Below, in pieces: positions 42,310-53,461 of a stretch of 64,000 nucleotides of DNA. The stretch lies in assembly GCA_025363435.1 (NCBI GenBank), contig JANYDY010000016.1:17318-81317 (forward strand), given 5' to 3'. Origin of the DNA: Betaproteobacteria bacterium. Its GTDB lineage: Bacteria > Pseudomonadota > Gammaproteobacteria > Burkholderiales > SG8-41. The position numbers were made by a program, and so were the translations under genes. The number at the start of each line of letters is the position of its first letter. The stretch's first letter is position 1. The notes beneath the pieces are model-generated. The model was not told where the DNA came from, ran no database searches, and saw only the letters and a list, made by a program, of their open reading frames with translations.

Positions 42310-43038
42310 ATGATTGCCATCAACAACATCAGCAAATGGTACGGCGGCTTCCGCGTGCTGACCGACTGCAGCACGGCGGTCGCCAAAGGCGAAGTCGTGG
42401 TCGTCTGCGGCCCCTCCGGCTCGGGCAAATCGACACTGATCAAATGCGTCAATGCGCTTGAACCGTTTCAGCAGGGCGAAATCACCGTCGACGGCGTGTC
42501 GGTCGGTGCCAAAGACACCGATTTGCCGAAGCTGCGCGCGCGTATCGGCATGGTATTTCAGAATTTCGAGCTGTTTCCGCACCTTTCAGTGATGGAAAAC
42601 CTCACGCTTGCGCAGATCAAGGTGCTCGGGCGCACGCCGGAAGCGGCAACCGCCAAAGGCGCTGCCTTGCTTGAACGCGTCGGCCTCGCCGCTCATGCGG
42701 CAAAATTCCCCGGGCAGCTGTCGGGCGGCCAGCAGCAGCGGGTGGCGATTGCACGTGCACTGGCGATGGATCCGATCGCCATGCTGTTCGACGAGCCAAC
42801 CTCGGCGCTCGATCCCGAAATGATCAACGAGGTACTCGACGTCATGGTTGATCTGGCGAAAGAAGGCATGACCATGATGGTAGTGACACACGAAATGGGC
42901 TTCGCGCGCAAAGTCGCCCACCGTGTTGTCTTCATGGACAAGGGCGAAATCGTCGAGGATGCACCAAAAGAGGATTTCTTCGGCAAGCCGCGCTCCGAAC
43001 GTGCGCAGTTGTTTCTCTCAAAAATCCTGCAACACTGA
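42310..43038 (+). CDS. gltL: Amino-acid ABC ATPase
   Basis: [25 protein letters not shown]. Confidence 0.9.
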   Translation: MIAINNISKWYGGFRVLTDCSTAVAKGEVVVVCGPSGSGKSTLIKCVNALEPFQQGEITVDGVSVGAKDTDLPKLRARIGMVFQNFELFPHLSVMENLTLAQIKVLGRTPEAATAKGAALLERVGLAAHAAKFPGQLSGGQQQRVAIARALAMDPIAMLFDEPTSALDPEMINEVLDVMVDLAKEGMTMMVVTHEMGFARKVAHRVVFMDKGEIVEDAPKEDFFGKPRSERAQLFLSKILQH

Positions 43039-43138
43039 TTCCAGCACGGCCGTGCAATCAAAAACTGTTCCAAAGCGGGCGATGCTCGCGTAAAATCCTG
43101 CGGTTACCGTTTCGCGCTTCGCGCTCAGCAAAGACATC

Positions 43139-43585
43139 ATGCCCGCCACGCAACGACGCATCATCCCGATCAAGCTTGTTACCGCTGTAACCGCCGCAAA
43201 AAAGAAGGCCAAAAAGAAAAAACCCGCTTACGACTGCCGTAAGTGCCCCGGCTATTGCTGCAGCTATCCGCTGATTGAAGTCAACAAGCGCGACGTCGCG
43301 CGGCTCGCCAAGCACTTTGAAATCACCTACGAGCAGGCCGAAAAGCGCTATACGCGTTACGACAAGTCGGAAAAAGCGATCGCGCTGCGCCGCCAGAAAG
43401 ACAAGCATTTCGGCCACATCTGCAAAATGTTCGACACGAAGAAGCGTCAGTGCACGGTCTATGAAGCGCGCCCCGGCGTCTGCCGCGAATATCCGGTCGC
43501 CAAGACCTGCGGCTACTACGACTTCCTCGAATTCGAACGCGACCAGCAGGAAGACAAGAAATTCGTCGCTACGACGAACTCGTAA
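43139..43585 (+). CDS. YkgJ-family CxxCxxCC cysteine-cluster protein
   Basis: CRKCPGYCC...CKMFD...CTVYEARPGVCREYP. Confidence 0.88.
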   Translation: MPATQRRIIPIKLVTAVTAAKKKAKKKKPAYDCRKCPGYCCSYPLIEVNKRDVARLAKHFEITYEQAEKRYTRYDKSEKAIALRRQKDKHFGHICKMFDTKKRQCTVYEARPGVCREYPVAKTCGYYDFLEFERDQQEDKKFVATTNS

Positions 43586-43607
43586 CAGCCGGGTAAGCTC
43601 GCCCCCT

Positions 43608-43700
43608 CCGTTCATGGTGAGCTTGTCGAACCATGAACGGGGCGCTGATTAAAATCAATCTGCTCAAACGTTCGCCCTTCGACAAGCTCAGGGCGAACGG
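43608..43700. repeat. REP-like inverted hairpin doublet (REPIN-like)
   Basis: Unit A ccgttcatgg-tgagcttgtcgaa-ccatgaacgg (43608-43640); unit B cgttcgccc-ttcgacaagctca-gggcgaacg (43669-43699); the loops are exact reverse complements. Confidence 0.85.
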
Positions 43701-43752
43701 GACTTGTTCAGCATTTCCCGCGTGAGCAGCCGCCGGGCCTGCGGACCGACAG

Positions 43753-44931
43753 TCACACTGTCGTGCAGATGCGCGCCATCAGGCGGCGCATGAATTCCTC
43801 GCACTTCAGAACCTGCTCGATCTCGACGTATTCGTCGGCCTTGTGCGCCTGCGCAATCGATCCGGGGCCACAAACTACTGCCGCAATACCGCGCCGCTGA
43901 AAATGCGCGGCCTCGGTGCCGAACGAAACCTTGCCGAAATCCTGATTACCGGACAGTTCCTGCGCGAGTCCGACGACTGCAGACTCCGGCGTATTGTTAA
44001 GCGCCGGCATCGCCGACAGCGGCGTGATGGAAAACCCGCATGACGCATCGACCGCGTGCATCTCCGGCTCGATAGCCGTTGCAATATATTGCGTGAACTC
44101 GGCATACATCGCCGCCGGATCGTCACCGGGCAAATTGCGAAACTCGAAGTCAAATGTGCATTCGTTGGGCACAATATTAAGTGCGGTGCCACCGCGCATG
44201 ACGCCGGTATGCACGGTCGTGTGCGCAATGTCGAAGCCGCGGTCATACGGCCCGCTGTCGCGATAACGCCGTGCCATGCGCTTTAAGTACGCCACTGCCT
44301 CGGCTGCCGCTTCAACCGCATTGACGCCGTGCGGCGCATACGCGGAATGGCAGGACAGCCCGCGCACCGTGCAGCGGTAACCGACCTTGCCCTTGTGCGC
44401 GATCACCGGGCGCATCAGTGTCGGCTCACCGACGATGCAGGCATCGGGCCGGATGCCCGCGGCTTCAAGATCCTCGATCAAGCGGCCGATGCCAAGGCAG
44501 CCAACCTCCTCGTCATACGACAGCGCAAAATGCAACGGCCGTATGAGGCCGCGGCGCGCGAATTCCGGCGCGAACGCCAGCGCAATCGCAACAAAGCTTT
44601 TCATGTCGGCGCAACCACGCCCGTACAAGCGGCCGTCGCGCTCAGTCAGGGTAAACGGATCGCTGCGCCAGGCCTGCCCCTCTACAGGAACCACATCGGT
44701 ATGCCCGGACAACACCACACCGCCATCAGTCGCCGGTCCCAGCGTGGCAAACAGATTGGCCTTGCGACGGTCGTCGTCATAGGTCAAGCGCGTCACCGCA
44801 CCTGCCGCCGCCAGGTGTGCGCGCGCAAATTCGATCAACTCGAGATTGGATTCGCGGCTGACAGTGGCAAACGCAATCAGCCGGCGTATCAATTCGAGGC
44901 TCGCGGGCGCGGCAGCGCCGGTGGAATTCAT
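43753..44931 (-). CDS. argE: Acetylornithine deacetylase (M20 family)
   Basis: SGHTDVVP, GRGCADMK, DEEVGC, GEPT, AHKADE. Confidence 0.9.
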   Translation of the reverse strand: MNSTGAAAPASLELIRRLIAFATVSRESNLELIEFARAHLAAAGAVTRLTYDDDRRKANLFATLGPATDGGVVLSGHTDVVPVEGQAWRSDPFTLTERDGRLYGRGCADMKSFVAIALAFAPEFARRGLIRPLHFALSYDEEVGCLGIGRLIEDLEAAGIRPDACIVGEPTLMRPVIAHKGKVGYRCTVRGLSCHSAYAPHGVNAVEAAAEAVAYLKRMARRYRDSGPYDRGFDIAHTTVHTGVMRGGTALNIVPNECTFDFEFRNLPGDDPAAMYAEFTQYIATAIEPEMHAVDASCGFSITPLSAMPALNNTPESAVVGLAQELSGNQDFGKVSFGTEAAHFQRRGIAAVVCGPGSIAQAHKADEYVEIEQVLKCEEFMRRLMARICTTV

Positions 44932-45077
44932 GAAAGGTGTCCGCAGTAAAACGGCAGAATAGGTGCGCAGTCCGCGGGTGTCAAACCGCCCCGCATAATA
45001 CGCGGTGGCGCTTTCCGCGACGCATTGCCGGTGCTACCATAACCGCCATTCAAATCGCATGTTTCAGGGGGAGTACC

Positions 45078-46991
45078 ATGCAGTCTGATAACGAAAATAA
45101 AATCGATCGTCGCTCGTTTCTCAAAGGCGCCGCTGCCGCTACCGGCGCTGCAGTCGCCACCGCCAGCAAAATCGCTGCTGCCGCTGATAGCACCGTCGAA
45201 GGTGCAAAGCCGGCGGAAAAACCCAAAGCGGCGACAAAACTACCGAGCGAAACTTTCATTACACACCCCGGCTCGGATTTCATGGCCGATGTGCTGAAAA
45301 AAATCGGCCTGCAATATATTGCGATCAACCCGGCGGCAGGCTTTCGCAGCCTGCAGGAATCGATCATCAACTATCTCGGCAATAAAAACCCCGAGATCAT
45401 CACCTGCCTGCACGAAGAATCGGCGACGGCAATGGCGCACGGCTACGCCAAGGCCTCGGGTAAACCGATGGCGGTCATGGTGCACGGCACCGTCGGCCTG
45501 CAGCACGCCTCGATGGCCGTCTACAACGCCTATTGCGACCGCGTACCGATGCTGATTTTCGGCGGCAACGGTATTGATGCGGAAACACGGCGCCCCGGCG
45601 TCGAATGGATACACAGCGCACAGGATCCAGCTGCGCTGGTGCGTGAATTCGTCAAATGGGACGATCAACCGGCATCGCTGCAGCATTTTGCTGAATCGAC
45701 GGTGCGCGCCCACCAGTTCACCATGACCGCACCGATGGCGCCGGCCTTCATTGCCATCGATATGGATCTGCAGGAAGAGGAAGTCGAACATCCGGAGAAA
45801 CTCAAGATCCCGAAAATCTCGCGCTTGATCCAACCGCAGGGCGACACCAGTGCGCTGCGCGATGCGGCAAAACTGCTCGTCAATGCGCAAAAGCCGTTAA
45901 TCATGGCCGACCGCGCAGTACGCTCGCAGCAAGGCGTGAAAATGCTGGTCGAACTGGCCGAGTCGCTGGGTTCGCCGGTGGTCGATCTGGGTTCGCGCAT
46001 GAATTTCCCGACCACCCACGATCTCGATTGCACCTTCATGAAACAGTCGCTGGTGCGCGATGCCGACGTGATTCTGCTGCTCGAAGTCGGCGACCCCTGG
46101 GGCAATCTGAATTCCTTTTCCGACCCGTACAAAAACTATCGCGCGATCCACAAGCCCGACGTCAAGGTGATTTCGATTTCCATGCTCGACATCGCGCGCA
46201 GCTCCAACTATCAGGACCTGCAGCGCTTCATGCCGTCGGATCTGGCGATCGGCGGCGACGCCGAAGCCACACTGCCCGATTTGATCGACGCCGTAAAACG
46301 CGCCACCACGCCGGAACGCAAAGCCGCATTTGCCGAACGTGCCAATGCCGTTGCCAAAATGCATCACGAAATGCGCGCGCGCGACAAGGAACTGGCAGCA
46401 GTCGGCTTTGATGCAACGCCGATTTCCACCGCGCGCCTCAGCGCGGAAATGTGGAATGTCATCAAAAACGAAAAATGGGCTCTGGTGGTCAGCGACCGCA
46501 TGCCGTGGGCGCGCCGCCTTTGGCCAATCACCGAGCATTATCAGATGCTCGGCGGTAACGGCGGCTATGGTCTCGGCGGTTATGCGCCGATCGCGGTCGG
46601 CGCAGCACTCGCCAACAAGGAAAAAGGCATCATCTCGGTGACTTTCCAGCCCGACGGCGACATGATGTATGCGCCGGGCGTCCTGTGGACTGCGGCGCAC
46701 CACAAGATTCCGCTGCTGATGCTGATGCACAACAACCGCTGCTATCACCAGGAAATCATGCACGTACAGCGCATGGCGGCGATCCACAACCGGCCGCAGG
46801 CGAACGCGCGTATCGGCACCGAAATAACCGATCCGAATATCGACTTTGCCAAAGTCGCGCAGGGCATGGGCGTGTGGGCGGAAGGCCCGATCACCGACCC
46901 GGCAAAACTCGGCGCAGCGCTGCGGCGCGCCCTCGACGTTGTCAAAAAAGGACAGCCGGCGCTGCTCGATGTAATCTGCCAGCCGCGCTGA
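45078..46991 (+). CDS. ThDP-dependent enzyme (acetolactate synthase/decarboxylase superfamily) with Tat signal
   Basis: DRRSFLK twin-arginine motif plus Ala-rich helix; HEESA catalytic Glu; PDGD-X24-NN cofactor motif; GGGGAG RBS before ATG 45078. Confidence 0.88.
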   Translation: MQSDNENKIDRRSFLKGAAAATGAAVATASKIAAAADSTVEGAKPAEKPKAATKLPSETFITHPGSDFMADVLKKIGLQYIAINPAAGFRSLQESIINYLGNKNPEIITCLHEESATAMAHGYAKASGKPMAVMVHGTVGLQHASMAVYNAYCDRVPMLIFGGNGIDAETRRPGVEWIHSAQDPAALVREFVKWDDQPASLQHFAESTVRAHQFTMTAPMAPAFIAIDMDLQEEEVEHPEKLKIPKISRLIQPQGDTSALRDAAKLLVNAQKPLIMADRAVRSQQGVKMLVELAESLGSPVVDLGSRMNFPTTHDLDCTFMKQSLVRDADVILLLEVGDPWGNLNSFSDPYKNYRAIHKPDVKVISISMLDIARSSNYQDLQRFMPSDLAIGGDAEATLPDLIDAVKRATTPERKAAFAERANAVAKMHHEMRARDKELAAVGFDATPISTARLSAEMWNVIKNEKWALVVSDRMPWARRLWPITEHYQMLGGNGGYGLGGYAPIAVGAALANKEKGIISVTFQPDGDMMYAPGVLWTAAHHKIPLLMLMHNNRCYHQEIMHVQRMAAIHNRPQANARIGTEITDPNIDFAKVAQGMGVWAEGPITDPAKLGAALRRALDVVKKGQPALLDVICQPR

Positions 46992-47010
46992 TTCGCCGGC
47001 GTAATCGGTT

Positions 47011-47040
47011 AAAAACACGCCGTCCGCGGCGTGTTTTTTT
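47011..47040. terminator. Intrinsic (bidirectional-type) terminator
   Basis: aaaaacacgccg-tccg-cggcgtgttttttt. Confidence 0.85.
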
Positions 47041-47185
47041 ACGCTCGTTTTGCCGTTACAAATGCTTACCATTGCTGACATCTTGTGCGTGGACTCGTCT
47101 CACTGCACGGCGTCTAATCTTCCCAACGGTCGCGAAATTGCGGTCGCAGCAATACAGGGAAACTCAACGTCATCAGGAGAACGCC

Positions 47186-47989
47186 ATGAATCCGACCCGC
47201 AAACTGTTAGTTACCGCAGCTCTTACCGCACTATCCTTCGCCGCCTCAGCCCAAAACACCGGCAACAGCGGCACCAACAGCACCCCGACCTTTTCCGACC
47301 GCAATGTCGAACAACAACGCCGCATTGAACAGGGTTTGCGCAGCGGCGACCTGAACGTGCGGGAAGCGTCGCGTCTCGAAGGCGAAGAGTCGCGCGTCAA
47401 TCGCATGGAATCACGTGCGCTGCGCGACGGCACCGTCAGTGACGCCGAGCGTGCAAATATCAACCGCGCACAGGATCGCGTCAGCCAGGACATCAATCGC
47501 GAACGCAACGATGCGCAAAGGGGCAATCCAGATTCGCAGTCGTCACGCCGCATGCAGGCCGATGTGCAACGCAACGTCAACGAACAGGAACGCATCAATC
47601 AAGGCATGCACTCCGGTCAGTTGACCAACCGCGAAGCCGGCCGACTGGAGAACGGGCAGGCCCGCGTAGATCGCCGCGAAGCACGCGCCGGCGCCGACGG
47701 CCATATCGGCCGCAACGAACAACGCGGCATCCAGAACGCGGAAAACCACCAGAGCCGTCAGATCCACAATGAGCGTCATGACGGTCAGGCGCGCAATGGC
47801 AACGATCATCGCCAGAGCTGGGGCAATCGCGGTGACAACGGTTTCCGCCACCACAACGAGCACCGTCAGGCATCCGCTTATCGCCATGACGGCGGTTTCC
47901 GCAGCGGTTCACAACAGCACTCGTTTCAGCAGCACTCCTTCCAGCAACGTTCCTACGCGCAGGCCGGCGGCGGTCGTCGCGGCCGCTGA
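47186..47989 (+). CDS. Secreted Arg/Gln/Asn-rich repeat protein of unknown function
   Basis: AGGAGA RBS, signal peptide, two RIxQGxxSGxLxxREAxRLE...DG repeats, low-complexity tail. Confidence 0.8.
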   Translation: MNPTRKLLVTAALTALSFAASAQNTGNSGTNSTPTFSDRNVEQQRRIEQGLRSGDLNVREASRLEGEESRVNRMESRALRDGTVSDAERANINRAQDRVSQDINRERNDAQRGNPDSQSSRRMQADVQRNVNEQERINQGMHSGQLTNREAGRLENGQARVDRREARAGADGHIGRNEQRGIQNAENHQSRQIHNERHDGQARNGNDHRQSWGNRGDNGFRHHNEHRQASAYRHDGGFRSGSQQHSFQQHSFQQRSYAQAGGGRRGR

Positions 47990-48005
47990 TCGCACTGCCT
48001 GAAAC

Positions 48006-48039
48006 AAAAAAGCCCCTCGCGAGAGGGGCTTTTCTTTTT
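48006..48039. terminator. Bidirectional terminator between convergent genes
   Basis: aaaagcccctc-gcga-gaggggctttt. Confidence 0.88.
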
Positions 48040-48056
48040 GCAGCCGCAGAAGCAAA

Positions 48057-48407
48057 TCAGAAACCGCTCAGCAGCGGAATGTCCTTTGCTGCAGGGCCGG
48101 ACTTGATCGAGGCCACGTAAGCGTAGATATCAGCGAGATCTTGATCGGGCAGAGTCTTCTCGCTGAAAGGCGGCATTTCGCCGCGCGGCTTGCGCACCTG
48201 TTGTGCAAATGCAACCCACGGAAACGGATTCGGCGCGATCTTCGGACCGGTAACACCGCCGTTCTGCCCGATGGTGCCGTGGCAGTTGTAGCACATCTGA
48301 TGCATGTAAATTTTTTGCCCGCGCTCGGCGGAACCAGCCGGCGTATTCTGCGCATAACTGCCGGCTGACAGCAGCAGAGCAGTTGCTGCGATTATTGTTT
48401 TATTCAT
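48057..48407 (-). CDS. Monoheme c-type cytochrome
   Basis: Signal peptide, CYNCH heme motif, distal EMPPF Met. Confidence 0.92.
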   Translation of the reverse strand: MNKTIIAATALLLSAGSYAQNTPAGSAERGQKIYMHQMCYNCHGTIGQNGGVTGPKIAPNPFPWVAFAQQVRKPRGEMPPFSEKTLPDQDLADIYAYVASIKSGPAAKDIPLLSGF

Positions 48408-48504
48408 ATCCCCTCCCCGCATTCATTGCCGGCCATTCTGTCGCCAACACGAAGGCGCGTCAACATTTCCGCTAAAATCCGCACTCTTTTGCAGCGGATT
48501 TGCC

Positions 48505-48888
48505 ATGCCTGAAGCGCCTTACGATATGCTCGGCGGCGACGCTGCGGTACGCCGCCTGATCGACCGTTTCTACGACCTGATGGACAGCGTGCCAGAGTAT
48601 TTCGTCATACGCACACTGCATCCGGCGGATCTGGCGGGTTCACGCGAAAAACTCTACCTGTTTTTATCCGGCTGGCTGGGCGGGCCGCCACTCTACGCCG
48701 AAAAATACGGTCGTCCGATGCTGCGCGCGCGGCATCTGCCGTTCGCCATTGGACTGGCAGAACGCGACGCCTGGCTTGCCTGCATGACGCAGGCGATGAC
48801 GGATTGCGGAATCGAAGCCGGCCTCAAAATGGGGCTGCTCGATTCACTGTTCAAAACCGCAGACTGGATGAGAAACAAAGAGGGCTAG
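48505..48888 (+). CDS. Group II truncated hemoglobin
   Basis: LGG...FYD, WLGGPPLY, LRARHLPF, RDAWL. Confidence 0.92.
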   Translation: MPEAPYDMLGGDAAVRRLIDRFYDLMDSVPEYFVIRTLHPADLAGSREKLYLFLSGWLGGPPLYAEKYGRPMLRARHLPFAIGLAERDAWLACMTQAMTDCGIEAGLKMGLLDSLFKTADWMRNKEG

Positions 48889-48916
48889 CGTATCGCTACG
48901 CCAGCCCTCTTGTTTT
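48873..48916 (-). terminator. Terminator downstream of the DEAD-box helicase
   Basis: Long stem agagggct-agcgta/tacgcc-agccctct; the mismatch becomes G-U on the minus strand and is followed by tttgtttct. Confidence 0.65.
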
Positions 48917-48954
48917 GATCCCGGATTCAGGCCGGAATCAATACTGCCTGTTTC

Positions 48955-50298
48955 TTAGCTGCGTCCGCGCGGACGATTGCCGCCGAAGCCGCTGCCGCCG
49001 TCACGTGCCGGACGCGCACCCGCGAACGGCTTGCCGCTGGCCGAACGTGAACCGCCACGGTCATTGGCGGCCCAGCGTGAATTGCTGTTGCTGGTCGGGC
49101 GCGCGTTGCGATTGCCGCCAAAACGTTTTTGCGGACCCGACGGCGGACCGCTGCGCGGCTTCACCTTCGGCTCCATGCCTTCGACGACATGGCGCTCGAT
49201 CTGGTGACCGGTATAGCGTTCGATCTGCTTCAACTGATGACCTTCGTCCGGCGCCGCAAAAGAAATTGCAATGCCGGTGGCGCCGGCGCGGCCGGTACGG
49301 CCAATACGGTGCACATAATCTTCCGCCACGCGCGGCAGATCGTAATTGATGACGTGCGTGATGCTGGCAACGTCGATGCCGCGCGCGGCAACGTCGGTCG
49401 CCACCAGCACGCGCACATTGCCGCTGCGCAAACGCGCCAGCGTGCGATTGCGCTGCGACTGATTCAAGTCGCCGTGCAGTGCAGCCGAAGCGTGGCCTTT
49501 TTCGTTAAGCGACTCGGACAAACGATCGGCACCGCGTTTGGTCGCGGTGAAAACGATAGCCTGGGTCATGTCAACGTCGCGCAACAGATGATCGAGCAGG
49601 CGATGTTTGTGGCTGCCGTCATCAACATGATGCAGGCGCTGTTCGATATTTTCGTTACGCGATTTTTGCGCTGCGACTTCGATCAGTTTCGGATTGCGCA
49701 TCAAACGTTTGCCGAGCGTGCCGATACCGCCGTCGAGCGTCGCCGAGAACAGCAGCGTCTGGCGGCCTGCGGGGGTTGCCGCGCAGATACGTTCAACCGG
49801 TTTGATAAAGCCCATATCGAGCATGCGGTCGGCTTCGTCGAGCACCAGCATTTCGAGGCGCGAGAAATCAACCTTGCCTTGATCAATAAAGTCGATCAAA
49901 CGGCCCGGCGTTGCGACCAGAATGTCGAGCGGCATTTCCAGGAGACGGCGTTGTTTCGGGTAAGGCATGCCGCCGAGCACCGTGCCGGTACGCACACGCG
50001 GCATGAACTTGCTGTATTTCTCGACCGCACTCGTTACCTGCATGGCGAGTTCGCGCGTCGGCGTCAACACCAGCACGCGCGGGCCGCGGCCCGGCTTCGC
50101 CGGTTGCAGCAGACGTTGCAGTGCGGGCAGCACAAAGGCCGCCGTTTTGCCCGTGCCGGTCGGCGCCGAGCACATCAAATCATGGCCGGCCAGCGCTTCC
50201 GGTACGGCTTTTTCCTGTACCGGCGTCGCCGCCGTATAACCTGAGGCGGTCAACGCCTGCAGAATCGATGAATTTAAATTGAGTGATACAAATGACAT
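48955..50298 (-). CDS. DEAD-box RNA helicase (RhlE-like)
   Basis: GTGKT, PTRELA, DEAD, SAT, ARGID, HRIGRTGRAG; basic G/R-rich tail. Confidence 0.95.
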   Translation of the reverse strand: MSFVSLNLNSSILQALTASGYTAATPVQEKAVPEALAGHDLMCSAPTGTGKTAAFVLPALQRLLQPAKPGRGPRVLVLTPTRELAMQVTSAVEKYSKFMPRVRTGTVLGGMPYPKQRRLLEMPLDILVATPGRLIDFIDQGKVDFSRLEMLVLDEADRMLDMGFIKPVERICAATPAGRQTLLFSATLDGGIGTLGKRLMRNPKLIEVAAQKSRNENIEQRLHHVDDGSHKHRLLDHLLRDVDMTQAIVFTATKRGADRLSESLNEKGHASAALHGDLNQSQRNRTLARLRSGNVRVLVATDVAARGIDVASITHVINYDLPRVAEDYVHRIGRTGRAGATGIAISFAAPDEGHQLKQIERYTGHQIERHVVEGMEPKVKPRSGPPSGPQKRFGGNRNARPTSNSNSRWAANDRGGSRSASGKPFAGARPARDGGSGFGGNRPRGRS

Positions 50299-50659
50299 AC
50301 GAGCTTTCATAACAATGAAAACAACAAAAGCGCGGACCTGCAGACAATAGTTGTCTGTCGTAAACGACAGGCGAATGCCGTCAGCGCACGGGTATCGTCG
50401 CTAACCGTGGCAGAAGCAGCTATTCGAGGAAGGGAGCTGAAACGAAGGGGTCAGGGACAGATGCAACTCGTATTTCAGCGGCCAAAGCCGCTTCGAGGTG
50501 CGCGCATAATACTCGCAATGCAGCAAAATAGCGAATTAATTTACACACTTATCTACACACCGGACGAAAATCATCCCGACAGCGGCGCGAGCACTGTCGC
50601 GCCGGACCGCTGCCATCCGCGGGAAATTTATAAAAAATTCAAGGCTATAGGGCGCGCCG

Positions 50660-50676
50660 TGCTATACTCGCGCGCT
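50660..50676 (+). promoter_or_regulatory. Putative extended -10 promoter of typA with GC-rich discriminator
   Basis: TGcTATACT followed by cgcgcgc. Confidence 0.55.
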
Positions 50677-50704
50677 TTTCAAATCAGCCTCCGAGGGTCG
50701 CACC

Positions 50705-52519
<1,815 letters not shown>

Positions 52520-52533
52520 CGCGGGATTTCCAG

Positions 52534-53436
52534 ATGCCGAACCGGGGCGGCAGTGCCGGCGTAGTATTTGCGTTTGCCCCCGCTCTCTTCGTGCTGTTGT
52601 GGAGTAGCGGCTTCATCGGCGCCCGGTTCGGCGTGCAGTACGCCGAACCGTTTACCGTTCTGCTGCTGCGCTTTTCCGTGGTGCTCGCTATCATGCTGCC
52701 GCTTGCGCTGATGCTGCGCGTACGCTGGCCGGGCGGACGCCAGACCACACATATCGCCACCGCCGGTCTTCTGATACAGGGCGGCTACCTCGGCGGCTGT
52801 TTCGCCGCCGTCTATCACGGCATGCCGGCCGGCGTGATTGCCCTGGTCACCGGCGTGCAACCGATACTCACCGCATTTGCCGCGGCGCCCATGCTTGGCG
52901 AGTCGGTGTCGCGACTGCAATGGCTGGGGCTCGCACTGGGTTTCGGCGGTGTTGCGATGGTGGTCTGGCAGAAAATAAATTTTCAAGGCCTCGATCTCAT
53001 CAGCGTCGCGTGGTCGCTCGAAGCACTGGTCGCCATTACAGTCGGCACGCTGTATCAGAAACGCTACTGCCCGAGCTTTGATCTGCGCGCCGGCTCCGTG
53101 ATCCAGTTCGTCGCCGCCTTCACACTGCTGCTGCCGCTGGCAATCGCCACCGAAACCATGCACGTCGAGTGGACTATGCAGTTCGTTTTTTCCATCGGCT
53201 GGCTCGCCATCGTTTTATCGATCGGCGCGGTCTCGCTGCTGTTCGTGCTGATCAAACACGGCGAAGCGACGCGCGTATCAAGTCTGTTCTATCTCACGCC
53301 GCTGGCGACCGCTGCGATGGCCTATCTCGCCTTCGACGAACATCTTGATGCGGTCGCACTGATCGGCATGATCATCGGCGTCACCGGCGTCGCACTGGTG
53401 CTGCGTAAACCCGGCATCGCAACGCCCGAGGCCTGA
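52534..53436 (+). CDS. EamA/DMT transporter
   Basis: LLWSSGF, QPILTA, GTLYQKR; about 10 TM segments. Confidence 0.9.
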   Translation: MPNRGGSAGVVFAFAPALFVLLWSSGFIGARFGVQYAEPFTVLLLRFSVVLAIMLPLALMLRVRWPGGRQTTHIATAGLLIQGGYLGGCFAAVYHGMPAGVIALVTGVQPILTAFAAAPMLGESVSRLQWLGLALGFGGVAMVVWQKINFQGLDLISVAWSLEALVAITVGTLYQKRYCPSFDLRAGSVIQFVAAFTLLLPLAIATETMHVEWTMQFVFSIGWLAIVLSIGAVSLLFVLIKHGEATRVSSLFYLTPLATAAMAYLAFDEHLDAVALIGMIIGVTGVALVLRKPGIATPEA

Positions 53437-53461
53437 AATAAAAAACGGGGTTGTGCGGACT

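Noticed and set aside
43608-43700. CRISPR array
   Set aside because: Only two units, in inverted orientation, with no spacer series or cas genes.
46685-47185. N-terminal extension of the 434-aa ORF
   Set aside because: It overlaps the ThDP gene and crosses a terminator; the RBS and signal peptide place the start at 47186.
48006-48039. Another copy of the metG palindrome (cccctc...gagggg)
   Set aside because: Short stem with a GNRA loop and A/T tails between convergent genes; explained as an ordinary terminator.
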